From contig JAZLEB010000043.1 in NCBI GenBank assembly GCA_045615065.1, positions 1-56,918 of the forward strand: 56,918 bases of DNA. The letters are read 5' to 3'. The translations under genes were made by a program, and so were the position numbers. The stretch comes from Candidatus Pelethomonas sp. (GTDB taxonomy: Bacteria; Bacillota; Clostridia; Oscillospirales; Oscillospiraceae). Shown one piece after another: positions 44,294-53,715 of this stretch; position 1 is the stretch's first letter; the number at the start of each line of letters is the position of its first letter. The notes beneath the pieces are model-generated. The model worked only from the letters and a program-made list of their open reading frames with translations. It did no database searches and was not told the origin of the DNA.

Positions 44294-44725
44294 GTGGCGT
44301 ATGTCAATGTTCCCAAGGACTTGACCAAAGTCAAGACCAAGGTGCTTTTCAATCTCACAAAACGACAGCTCATTTGCTTTAGCGGCGGACTCCTCATGGG
44401 AGTACCGCTTTTCTTTTTGCTCAAAGGCGTAACCGGAGCCAGCGTGGCAGCGATGGTGATGATCCTTGTTATGCTGCCTGCGTTTCTGCTTGCCATGTAT
44501 GAGAAAAACGGTCAACCGCTGGAGGTCATTCTTCGCAATCTTCTTCGCGTCTGTTTTCTGAGGCCGAAACAGCGCCCTTATAAGACAAATAACTATTATG
44601 TCGTGCTTGAACGGCAGGCACGGCTTGAACAGGAGGTGTATCAAATTGTCCACAGAAAAAAGACTGGATCGCGCGCAGCGGCAGCAGATCAATGCCGCCA
44701 TTGCCAAAGCCAGAAGGATGAATAA
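44294..44725 (+). CDS. PrgI-family (VirB3-like) membrane protein
   Basis: GTG start after GGAGGTG. (M)AYVNVPKDLTKVKTKVLFNLTKRQLICFSGGLLMGVPLFFLL. The 3' ~80 nt overlap the VirB4 start in another frame, so the true end is uncertain. Confidence 0.6.
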   Translation: MAYVNVPKDLTKVKTKVLFNLTKRQLICFSGGLLMGVPLFFLLKGVTGASVAAMVMILVMLPAFLLAMYEKNGQPLEVILRNLLRVCFLRPKQRPYKTNNYYVVLERQARLEQEVYQIVHRKKTGSRAAAADQCRHCQSQKDE

Positions 44726-47462
44726 AAAAGAGCTGTCCGCACAGGACAGCATTGCGTATCAGCGTATGTGGCCTGACGGTATCTGCCGTGTTACTGATAC
44801 GCACTATTCCAAAACAATTCAGTTCCAGGACATCAACTACCAGCTCTCTCAGAATGAGGACAAGACTGCAATCTTTGAAGCGTGGAGCGATTTTCTCAAC
44901 TACTTCGACAGCTCTGTGCAGTTCCAACTTTCCTTCGTAAACCTGTCCGCATCCGAGGAGACTTTTGCCAAAAGCATCGACATCCCCCTTCAGGGTGATG
45001 CGTTTGATAGCATTCGCACAGAGTACGCTGCCATGCTGCGCCGTCAGCTCGCCCGTGGCAACAATGGTCTCATCAAGACCAAGTATCTGACCTTTGGTGT
45101 AGATGCAGAGAACCTTCGTACCGCCAAGCCGCGCCTTGAGCGAATCGAAACGGATCTGCTCAACAACTTCAAGAGGTTGGGTGTCAGTGCGGAGCCGCTG
45201 GACGGACATGGTCGGCTGCGTGTTCTCCATGACATTCTGCGTATGGATGAAATGGAGCCGTTCCGATTCTCGTGGGACTGGTTGGTGCCGTCCGGTCTGT
45301 CCACCAAGGATTTTATTGCTCCCAGTTCCTTTGAGTTCAAGACCGGAAAGCAGTTCACCATGGGACGAAAGCTCGGCGCAATAAGTTTTGTGCAGATACT
45401 CGCACCGGAACTGAATGACCGAATGCTGGCTGACTTCCTTGATATGGAGAGCAGCGTTGTAGTCAATCTCCATGTGCAGTCGCTGGATCAGGTCAATGCC
45501 ATCAAGATGGTCAAGCACAAGATTACTGACCTCGACAAGAGCAAGATTGAGGAGCAGAAGAAAGCAGTCCGTGCCGGTTACGATATGGACATCATTCCCA
45601 GTGACCTCGCCACCTACGGTACAGAAGCCAAAAAGCTTTTGCAGGATCTCCAGTCCCGCAATGAGCGTATGTTTCTGCTGACTTTCCTTATTCTGAACAC
45701 AGCAGATACCCAGCGTCAGCTCGACAATAATATCTTTCAGGCATCCAGCATCGCCCAGAAGTATAACTGTCAGCTTACGCGGCTGGACTTCCAGCAGGAG
45801 GAAGGACTGATGAGCAGTTTGCCCCTCGGTGTAAATCAGATCGAGATTCAGCGCGGACTCACTACCTCCAGCGTTGCAATCTTCGTGCCATTTACCACGC
45901 AGGAACTGTTCCAGACCGGAAAGGAAGCGTTGTACTACGGCATCAATGCTCTGTCCAACAACCTCATCATGGTTGATCGCAAACTGCTGAAGAACCCCAA
46001 TGGACTGATTCTTGGTACACCCGGCTGTCTCGCCGGTGATACCCGTGTGCGTTTGGCGGACGGCAGCACAGCAACCCTTGCCAATATGGTGGAGTGGGGT
46101 GTGGAGACGATGTTAGTGAAGGCATATAACGAGGAATCCAGGGAAATCGTGAATGCGGTTGCCCGTGATATCCGCATTGAAAAATATGTGGATCGGCTTT
46201 GGACATGCCACTTTGCAGACGGCTCAAAGCTTTGCTGTACCGGCACGCACCTCATCATGGATGATCAAGGCGACTACATCGAAGCGGAGAAGATCCGCGA
46301 GGGTCAGCTGCTCAGCGGCGGTCAAATCGTCAGCCGGGTGTCAGTACAGACGCTTCCGGAGAAAGTCCCTGTCTATGACATGAGCGTTCCGCACCATCTC
46401 AATTTCTTGTTGGAAAACGGTCTGGTCGTTCATAACAGCGGCAAGTCCTTCAGCGCAAAGCGTGAGATCACCAACGCATTCCTGCTCTGCCCCGAGGACG
46501 ACATTCTCATCTGCGACCCGGAGGGCGAGTACACGCCGCTGGTGGAGCGGTTGGACGGACAGATCATCAAGCTGTCGCCTACGGGTAAGGGCTATGACGG
46601 TGAGCCGTGCTACATCAATCCGTTGGATCTGACTCTTGATTACAGCGATGATGAAAACCCTCTGTCGCTGAAATCGGACTTCATTCTCAGTCTGTGTGAG
46701 TTGATCGTCGGCAGCAAGGATGGACTTGCACCCGTTGAGAAAACCGTCATCGACCGATGTGTGCGGCTGATCTACCGCGACTACCTCAACGATCCGCGAC
46801 CGGAGAACATGCCGATTCTGGAGGATCTGTACAATGCGCTCCGTGCACAAGATGAAAAGGAAGCGCAGTTTGTGGCAACGGCTCTGGAAATCTATGTCAG
46901 CGGTTCTCTGAATGTGTTCAACCACCGCACCAATGTCAACATTAACAATCGCATCGTCTGCTATGACATTAAGGAGCTGGGTAAGCAGCTCAAGAAGATC
47001 GGTATGCTCATTGTGCAGGATGCGGTGTGGAATCGAGTCACCATCAACCGCGCCCTGCACAAGACTACGAGATACTATATGGATGAGTTTCATCTGCTCT
47101 TGAAGGAGGAGCAGACTGCTTCGTACAGTGTCGAGATCTGGAAAAGATACCGTAAATGGGGCGGCATCCCGACCGGAATAACGCAGAATGTCAAGGATTT
47201 GCTGGCCTCTCGCGAGGTGGAGAATATCTTTGAAAACTCCGACTTCGTGTATATGCTCAATCAGGCATCCGGCGACCGCCAGATCCTCGCCAAACAACTG
47301 AATATTTCTCCTCATCAGCTCTCGTATGTCACCCACAGCGGTGAAGGTGAAGGGCTGCTTTTTTATGGCAACACGATCCTGCCCTTCATCGACCGTTTTC
47401 CCAAGGACACGGAGCTGTATAAGGTCATGACCACCAAGCCCCAAGAGGTGGCTCAGGAATGA
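44646..47462 (+). CDS. VirB4-like conjugative ATPase (CD1110 family) containing a mini-intein
   Basis: TTG start 7 nt after GGAGGTG gives (M)STEKRLDRAQRQQINAAIAKARR...SAQDSIAYQRMWPDGICRVTDTHYSKTIQFQDINYQL. Walker A is split as GTPG/intein/SGKS. Walker B is RYYMDEFHLLL. Confidence 0.9.
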   Translation: MSTEKRLDRAQRQQINAAIAKARRMNKKELSAQDSIAYQRMWPDGICRVTDTHYSKTIQFQDINYQLSQNEDKTAIFEAWSDFLNYFDSSVQFQLSFVNLSASEETFAKSIDIPLQGDAFDSIRTEYAAMLRRQLARGNNGLIKTKYLTFGVDAENLRTAKPRLERIETDLLNNFKRLGVSAEPLDGHGRLRVLHDILRMDEMEPFRFSWDWLVPSGLSTKDFIAPSSFEFKTGKQFTMGRKLGAISFVQILAPELNDRMLADFLDMESSVVVNLHVQSLDQVNAIKMVKHKITDLDKSKIEEQKKAVRAGYDMDIIPSDLATYGTEAKKLLQDLQSRNERMFLLTFLILNTADTQRQLDNNIFQASSIAQKYNCQLTRLDFQQEEGLMSSLPLGVNQIEIQRGLTTSSVAIFVPFTTQELFQTGKEALYYGINALSNNLIMVDRKLLKNPNGLILGTPGCLAGDTRVRLADGSTATLANMVEWGVETMLVKAYNEESREIVNAVARDIRIEKYVDRLWTCHFADGSKLCCTGTHLIMDDQGDYIEAEKIREGQLLSGGQIVSRVSVQTLPEKVPVYDMSVPHHLNFLLENGLVVHNSGKSFSAKREITNAFLLCPEDDILICDPEGEYTPLVERLDGQIIKLSPTGKGYDGEPCYINPLDLTLDYSDDENPLSLKSDFILSLCELIVGSKDGLAPVEKTVIDRCVRLIYRDYLNDPRPENMPILEDLYNALRAQDEKEAQFVATALEIYVSGSLNVFNHRTNVNINNRIVCYDIKELGKQLKKIGMLIVQDAVWNRVTINRALHKTTRYYMDEFHLLLKEEQTASYSVEIWKRYRKWGGIPTGITQNVKDLLASREVENIFENSDFVYMLNQASGDRQILAKQLNISPHQLSYVTHSGEGEGLLFYGNTILPFIDRFPKDTELYKVMTTKPQEVAQE
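46026..46436 (+). other. Mini-intein (137 codons) inside the VirB4 Walker A motif
   Basis: CLAGDTRV is block A, CCTGTHLIM is block B, VPVYDMSVPHHLNFLLENG is block F and LVVHN|S is block G with the +1 Ser. The flanks GTPG and SGKSF join to form a P-loop. Confidence 0.85.
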
Positions 47463-49180
47463 AACGGGAGCCGCGTTTACAGTTTACCGATGAGGAACGA
47501 GCATCCCCAGAGCTAAAGAAAGCAGTACAGAAAGCGGACAAAGCTGCGGCGAAAGCTGACAAGGCGCAGAGCAGGATGCCGACGAAAAAGGTGCTTACCA
47601 AGGAGCGCAGTACCGATCCCGCTACCGGAAAAGTCAAGTCCCGGCTTCGCTTTGAGGAGATTGAGAAGAAACCGCCATCCAAGCTGACTCATATCGCCGC
47701 AGATGCGCCTGTCAATGCTCTTTCCGTGCACCTCCACCGTGAGGTGCGGCAGAGCGAGGAAGATAATGTGGGCGTGGAGTCCGCGCACAAAATCGAAGAA
47801 GCTGCAGAGAGCGGCGGACGGTTGATACAATCCGCACACCGTGCCCATCAGCTGAAGCCTTACCGTGCATCTACCCGTGCCGAGCGACAGCTGGAAAAGG
47901 CAAATATTTCTGCCTTGCAGAAGAAAGCTCAGATGGAGCATCCGGCCAGCAATCCCTATTCCAAATGGCAGCAAAAGCAAACGATCAAAAAGCAGTATGC
48001 TGCTGCCAAGTCCGGTAAAACAGCCGACCGCGCGAAAGCAGGCGCGGAAGCGGCCAAGAAAGCAGTGGAACAGGCGAAAAAGGCTGGGCAGTTTGTGTGG
48101 CAGCATAGAAAAGGATTCGCCATTGCTGCCGCTATATTCCTCATGCTGGCGTTTTTGCTGAATGGTCTGTCCTCCTGTTCTGTCATCATAGAGGGCGTTG
48201 GTTCCGGTATCACTGCCAGCACCTACGCTTCCCGGGATGAGGACATACTGGGCGCGGAAGAAGCTTACTGCTCCATGGAGCAAGCTTTACAGGAGTATCT
48301 GGACAACTATGAGAGTAACCACGACTACGATGAGTACATCTTTGATCTGGACAGCATTGATCATGATCCCTATGTTCTGATCTCTATTCTCTCTGCGCTC
48401 CATCCCGGTGAGTGGACGCTGGATGAGGTGCAGGGTACACTCCAGATGATCTTTGATAAGCAGTATATTCTCACTGAGGAAGTAACAAGCGAAATACGGT
48501 ATCGTACGGAGACTCGCGTCGGATACCGGGTGGTGACAGACCCGGACACCGGGCAAAGCCGCCTTGTCCCATATCTGTATGAGGTTGAAGTTCCGTATCT
48601 CTACTACATCTGCACGATCACGCTGGAAAACTTCGATCTCAGCCATGTGCCGGTCTACATTATGAGCGAAGAACAGCTTGGAATGTACGCCACCTATATG
48701 GCTTCGCTGGGCAATCGCCCCGACCTGTTCCCGGACTCCGAGTACATTGATCGCTACATCGAGGGCGGTTATCTGGAGTATGACATCCCGGAAGAAGCGC
48801 TGGAAGATGAGGTGTTTGCCGCAATGATCGCGGAAGCGGAGAAGTATCTGGGCTACCCCTATGTCTGGGGCGGCAGCAGTCCGTCCACTTCATTCGACTG
48901 CTCCGGGTTTGTGAGCTGGGTCATCAACCATTCCGGTTGGAATGTGGGCAGGTTGGGGGCGCAGGGACTGTACGGTATCTGTACGCCGGTGTCGGCATCC
49001 ACTGCCAGACCGGGCGATCTCGTATTCTTCGTTGGGACGGACGATGTGGAGGGCATTTCCCATGTAGGCATCTATGTTGGAAATGGGATGTTTATCCATT
49101 GCGGAAACCCCATCTCTTACGCAAATCTGAATTTAAGTTATTGGCAGGAGCACCTGTATTGCTATGGTCGCCTGCCCTAA
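47459..49180 (+). CDS. Membrane-anchored NlpC/P60 cell-wall hydrolase (VirB1 analogue, CD1108 family)
   Basis: ATGA start/stop overlap with VirB4. Central transmembrane segment is FAIAAAIFLMLAFLLNGL. The C-terminal part is YLGYPYVWGGSSPSTSFDCSGFVSWV...ISHVGIYVGNGMFIHCG. Confidence 0.85.
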   Translation: MKREPRLQFTDEERASPELKKAVQKADKAAAKADKAQSRMPTKKVLTKERSTDPATGKVKSRLRFEEIEKKPPSKLTHIAADAPVNALSVHLHREVRQSEEDNVGVESAHKIEEAAESGGRLIQSAHRAHQLKPYRASTRAERQLEKANISALQKKAQMEHPASNPYSKWQQKQTIKKQYAAAKSGKTADRAKAGAEAAKKAVEQAKKAGQFVWQHRKGFAIAAAIFLMLAFLLNGLSSCSVIIEGVGSGITASTYASRDEDILGAEEAYCSMEQALQEYLDNYESNHDYDEYIFDLDSIDHDPYVLISILSALHPGEWTLDEVQGTLQMIFDKQYILTEEVTSEIRYRTETRVGYRVVTDPDTGQSRLVPYLYEVEVPYLYYICTITLENFDLSHVPVYIMSEEQLGMYATYMASLGNRPDLFPDSEYIDRYIEGGYLEYDIPEEALEDEVFAAMIAEAEKYLGYPYVWGGSSPSTSFDCSGFVSWVINHSGWNVGRLGAQGLYGICTPVSASTARPGDLVFFVGTDDVEGISHVGIYVGNGMFIHCGNPISYANLNLSYWQEHLYCYGRLP

Positions 49181-49196
49181 AGGAGAGTGAAACGAT

Positions 49197-49436
49197 ATGA
49201 ATCCCAAGATCCCTAAGCTCCGTGAGGAGCTGAATAAAAACAGAAGCAAGATTACCGAGTTGCAGGCAAAGAATCGAGAGCTGGAGAAAAAGCTTCGTGA
49301 ACTGGAAGATACCGACATCATCGGCATGGTGCGTGAGCACGGCATGAGTATGGAGGAGTTCATTGAGCTGTTCCACAGGATGCATGGCGCACAGTCTACC
49401 ACCAGCAAGGAGGTGATTCGTCATGAAGCTGTTTAA
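49197..49436 (+). CDS. DUF4315-like coiled-coil protein
   Basis: MNPKIPKLREELNKNRSKITELQAKNRELEKKLRELEDTDIIGMVRE... Confidence 0.6.
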   Translation: MNPKIPKLREELNKNRSKITELQAKNRELEKKLRELEDTDIIGMVREHGMSMEEFIELFHRMHGAQSTTSKEVIRHEAV

Positions 49437-50304
49437 GCTGCGCGTTCTGCCCGGACTGCTGATTGCTGTGCTGTGCGTTGCAACATTTTCCATCACCGCA
49501 TTTGCCAGCGATGGTGGTTACTATGCCTCCAATGAGAATGAAGCCGAAACGCCCCCGGATGCCATCGAGGATATTACGATTTCTACCGAAAATGTGGGGC
49601 TGGAAAGCGATGGCAGCAACGCTACCACAGAGGTTGATGGCGAGGAGGTCGATCTGGACTCTTTCTTCAACAACCTTTTTGATATTTTCGGTGGCACGGC
49701 CGCGCTGACCCCTGTGGGCAATCTGACACTGATCGACGACATCTTGCAAAATGAGAATACAACCAATGTGGAGAGCGTGGAGAACGAACTGAAAAGCAAA
49801 CAGTTCATCACCGTCCAGAGCAAGAACGGTAATTACTTCTACATCATCATCGACCGCAGCGGCGATACAGAAAATGTCTACTTCCTCAACCTTGTGGATG
49901 AAGCTGATCTGTTGGCACTGATGGAGGATGGAGAACAGCCGCCTGCCGTTTGTTCCTGCAAGGACAAATGCTTTGCAGGTTCTGTCAATACTGCTTGTGA
50001 TATCTGCGCTGTCAATATGACTGAGTGTGTCGGTAAGGAACCGGAGCCTGTGGAGCAGGAAAAGCCTATTGAGGAACCCAAGGAAGAACCTGCCAAGGAG
50101 AACAACATGGGCGGCGTGGTTATTGCTATTCTGATCCTCGCTGCAGGCGGAGGCGCGGCCTATTACTATTTTGTTGTGAAGAATGGCACGAAGTCCAACG
50201 GAAAGAACCGCGATGACGATGAGTACGACAAAGACGGCGAGGAATACGCCGAGTTTGAGCGGTACGAACCGGAGGACGAGGATACGGAGGATGATGGGGT
50301 ATGA
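49423..50304 (+). CDS. DUF4366-like (CD1107 family) secreted, C-terminally anchored protein
   Basis: Signal peptide is MKLFKLRVLPGLLIAVLCVATFSITAFA. It also has KQFITVQSKNGNYFYIIIDRSGDTENVYFLNLVDEADLLAL, a Cys cluster, the transmembrane segment VVIAILILAAGGGAAYYYFVV and an acidic tail. Confidence 0.65.
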   Translation: MKLFKLRVLPGLLIAVLCVATFSITAFASDGGYYASNENEAETPPDAIEDITISTENVGLESDGSNATTEVDGEEVDLDSFFNNLFDIFGGTAALTPVGNLTLIDDILQNENTTNVESVENELKSKQFITVQSKNGNYFYIIIDRSGDTENVYFLNLVDEADLLALMEDGEQPPAVCSCKDKCFAGSVNTACDICAVNMTECVGKEPEPVEQEKPIEEPKEEPAKENNMGGVVIAILILAAGGGAAYYYFVVKNGTKSNGKNRDDDEYDKDGEEYAEFERYEPEDEDTEDDGV

Positions 50305-50492
50305 CCTACTTCACCGACAGTCCTTTTGAACGGATGATGCAGCAGCGTCCAAGCGGCAGAAAAGTCCATATCCCTGTCCGATATGCCGCAGATCATCCGT
50401 GCAATGTAAAACTTCCCCAGGCACGGCGCGAAAAGCGCCGTGCCGCTCCTCCTGAGAAACCGGCAAAGGAGGGTGATGAATCATGCGACTGA
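50301..50492 (+). CDS. Small hypothetical protein (63 aa)
   Basis: Its start overlaps the upstream stop (ATGA) and its stop overlaps the topoisomerase start, which suggests translational coupling. No motif assignment. Confidence 0.45.
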   Translation: MTYFTDSPFERMMQQRPSGRKVHIPVRYAADHPCNVKLPQARREKRRAAPPEKPAKEGDESCD

Positions 50493-52535
50493 TCATTGCC
50501 GAGAAACCGTCCGTGGCGCAGAGTATTGCCGCAGTTCTTGGTGCGACAAAGCGATGTGACGGCTATCTGGAGGGCGGCGGCAACATCGTGTCATGGTGCT
50601 ATGGACATCTGGCAGAGCTGTCTAACGCCGCTGCTTACAATCCCGCCTATGCCAAATGGTCAATGAAAGATTTGCCCATCGTACCCGACATGTTCCAGCA
50701 CACAATTCGCAAGGACAAGCGAAAACAGTTCGACATTCTGAAATCTCTGATGCACCGCAAAGATGTGACCGAAGTGGTCAATGCCTGCGACAGTGGGCGC
50801 GAGGGCGAAGCGATTTTTCGTACCGTCTATAACTTATCCGGGTGCAGGAAAACTATGAGCCGTCTGTGGATCTCGTCTATGGAAGATGATGCGATCCGCA
50901 ACGGCTTTTCTACGCTCCGACCGGGTAAGGACTATGACGGCCTGTACCTTGCGGCAAAGTGCCGCAGTGAAGCGGATTGGCTGGTGGGCATCAATGCCAC
51001 ACAGTACTTCTCGTTGCTTTACGGGCCGAAGCTGAATATCGGGCGTGTTGTATCGCCTACGCTGGCGTTGCTCGTACAGCGGGAAGCAGAGATCGCGGCG
51101 TTTGTACCCGAACCGTTCTATACCATCCAACTCGACTGCGGCTTTACCGCTGTATCGGACAGAAAGAAAGAAAGAAAAAAGCGAAGCGGAAAGCATCAAG
51201 GCAATGTGTGCCGGTAAGACGGCGATGGTCAAGAGCGTGGAACACAAGGAGAAAAGCGAAAAGGCACCAGCGCTGTACGATTTGACCACTCTGCAGCGTG
51301 ATGCCAATCGTATCCTCGGTTACACGGCGCAGCAGACCCTCGACTATCTCCAGAATCTCTATGAAAAGAAGCTCTGCACCTATCCCCGTACCGACAGTCG
51401 GTTCCTCACCAATGATATGGAAGCATCTGTGCCGGAGTTTGTTGCCGCCGCAACTGCCGTCTGCGGCGTGTTGCCTGTATCTGAAAATGCAACACAGGTG
51501 TGCAACAGCAAAAAAGTCAGCGACCACCATGCCATCGTCCCTACGATCAGCGCGAAAACCGCTGATCTTGCTGCGCTCCCTCTCGGTGAGCGGGAACTTT
51601 TGAAATTGGTGGCGGTGGAACTGCTCCGTGCAGTGAGCGAAGCATACCGCTACACGGAAACCGTCATTGCGGCAGAGTGCTGTGGTCACAGTTTTACCGC
51701 AAAGGGCAGAACTGTCCTTGACCTCGGCTGGCACGGCATTGGACAGGATACAGAGGAAAAGACGGACAGTCTTCCTAGTGTAGTGGAGGGACAGGAACTG
51801 GCAGTGGTATCCACTGCTGTGAAAAATGGAAAGACCGCACCACCCAAACATTACACCGAGGATACGCTCTTGTCCGCTATGGAAACTGTTGGGGCGAAAG
51901 ATATGCCTGCGGATGCCGAGCGCAAGGGGCTGGGTACACCGGCGACCCGTGCCGGGATATTGGAAAAGTTGGTGACTTCCGGTTTCGTGGAACGGAAAAA
52001 GCAGAAGAAAAGTGTACATTTGATTCCTACTGCCCTCGGTACAGCTATTATCACCGTGCTGCCCGAACAGCTCCAGTCTCCGCTGCTGACTGCCGAATGG
52101 GAGCACAAGCTGAATCTCGTGGAACACGGCGAGATGGATGCCGAAGCTTTCATGCGGGAAATTGCGCTGATGGTCAACGATCTGGTCAAGACCTACGCTC
52201 CGATCCGTGGTGCGGAGGTGCTGTTCCCCACGGGCAGAACCTCGCTGGGCAACTGCCCCCGCTGTGGGAGCGCTGTGACGGAGAGCAAAAAGGGTTTCTT
52301 CTGTGAATGCAACGATTGCCGCTTTGGTCTGTGGCATGACAACAAGTATCTCACGAGTAAGAAGATCTCTCTTTCCACAAAGATGGTGGAAAAGCTTCTG
52401 AAGGAGCGCAAGGTGCTGGTCCGTAATATCTTCTCCGAGCGCACTGGTTCTTCCTATGATGCTTATCTTGTGCTGAACGATGACGGTGTGAGAACTAGTT
52501 TTGCTCTCGACTTTGGTAAGGATACGGCTGAGTAA
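50483..52535 (+). pseudogene. topB: DNA topoisomerase III, disrupted by a frameshift in an (AGAA)4A4 tract
   Basis: The frame-1 ORF 50483..51217 holds the Toprim domain (MRLIIAEKPSVAQSIA...WCYGHL...VNACDSGREGEAIF). The remainder continues in the +1 frame of ORF 51045..52535 (...KSEAESIKAMCAGKTA...APALYDLTTLQRDANR...LCTYPRTDSRFL with the catalytic Tyr, and a C-terminal CPRCGS...C zinc ribbon). Confidence 0.8.
51161..51180 (+). repeat. Simple-sequence tract agaaagaaagaaagaaaaaa at the topoisomerase frameshift
   Basis: Read directly from the sequence. The switch from the frame-1 reading (FTAVSDRKKERKKRSGKHQ...*) to the homologous +1 reading (ERKKEKSEAESIKAM...) must occur in or next to this tract. 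Confidence 0.75.
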
Positions 52536-52543
52536 GCGCAACG

Positions 52544-52573
52544 CCACCGCATGGTGTGAAAACCATGCGGTGG
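52544..52573 (+). terminator. Hairpin after the topoisomerase gene (terminator-like, weak T-run)
   Basis: ccaccgcatggt / accatgcggtgg 12-bp stem with a 6-nt loop. Confidence 0.45.
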
Positions 52574-52668
52574 TAAAGTTCTACGGTTGTTGATGTTATG
52601 GTCAAAATTTGATACAATGCTGCTAACAGAAAAACCTGGAATCTGTGAACATTTTGAGGTGCATTATA

Positions 52669-53595
52669 GTGAGAGATTATTTGAATTACATCAATGATAA
52701 ATATCCAATCAGAAGAGATGATTTGGAGAAAAAATCCTTTAGAGAATTTGCGCTGCAAGAAGTGAGCAGTTCCAATTATGAAGCAAGCATAGAAATACAC
52801 AAAAAACAAAATAACATCATCATTGGTAATGTAAACAGCGCAGAAGTGATTTTTACTGCGCATTATGATACGCCAGCATCTTCGATTATTTCAAATGTGA
52901 TTCTACCTAAAAATCCAGTGTTGAGGGTAATTTGTCAGCTTTGGTTACCCCTCGGTATATTCGCATTGTCATCATTAATTGGATTATTCGTTGTTGTTCT
53001 AGTTATAAAAGAGCTGCTCTTACGATGCTTAATGTGGATAGCTCTTTCCTTCGGATTGTACTTCTTATCCTCTTGTTTACTAACCAGATGCTTTAAGAAT
53101 AAACATAACAAAAATGATAATACCTCTGGTGTTGCAACGGTACTGTCTTTGGTAAAAAGATGTACCTCAAAAAAGATAGCTTTCGTTTTATTTGATAATG
53201 AAGAAAGAGGATTATTGGGTTCAAAATCATTCCTCAAAAAAAACAAAAAACTGCCAAAAGATACACTTGTTATCAATTTTGACTGTGTCGGAGCAGGAAA
53301 CAATGTTTTGTTTGCTGCAAAAAAAGCTGCTAGAAATCACAAACTATATAGCAAATTAAAAGAACACAACCAGTCTAATAACGGCTTTGACGCTTTATTC
53401 TATCCTGCATGGAGAGTAACCTCTAATTCGGATCATAAGACTTTTAAGTGCAGCATCGGCGTTGTAACGTGCAAGAAGAAAATGGGCATTTATTATACCG
53501 GTAAGATTCATACGAATCGCGATACAGAAGCATACGCTGAAAACATTGATTTTTTAGTTGGAAATATGGCTCGATTTGTTGATGAGCTCTCATAA
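52669..53595 (+). CDS. M28-family metallopeptidase-like protein with an inserted membrane segment, in an AT-rich island
   Basis: M28 ligand motifs occur in order: TAHYDT, NDNTSGVA, FDNEERGLLGS, NFDCVG, IHTNRD. About 80 aa with 2-3 hydrophobic helices (LWLPLGIFALSSLIGLFVVVLVI...WIALSFGLYFLSSCLL) sit between the first two motifs. GTG start after GAGGTG; the alternative start at 52645 is also possible. Confidence 0.65.
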   Translation: MRDYLNYINDKYPIRRDDLEKKSFREFALQEVSSSNYEASIEIHKKQNNIIIGNVNSAEVIFTAHYDTPASSIISNVILPKNPVLRVICQLWLPLGIFALSSLIGLFVVVLVIKELLLRCLMWIALSFGLYFLSSCLLTRCFKNKHNKNDNTSGVATVLSLVKRCTSKKIAFVLFDNEERGLLGSKSFLKKNKKLPKDTLVINFDCVGAGNNVLFAAKKAARNHKLYSKLKEHNQSNNGFDALFYPAWRVTSNSDHKTFKCSIGVVTCKKKMGIYYTGKIHTNRDTEAYAENIDFLVGNMARFVDELS

Positions 53596-53715
53596 GTAAG
53601 ACGATTCCGAATGATTGAGTTGTCAGCTTTTTATTTCAAACTCCCTTCGTTACAACGATGGGAGTTTTTCTACGCCCAAACACGAACCAAAACCATCGAA
53701 GAAAGGAGAATCTCA

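Noticed and set aside
44598-44645. The longer VirB4 start given in the ORF track (MSCLNGRHGLNRRCIK...).
   Set aside because: That extension has no RBS and lies wholly within the PrgI gene. The TTG at 44646 has a GGAGGTG RBS at ideal spacing and gives the conserved N-terminus.
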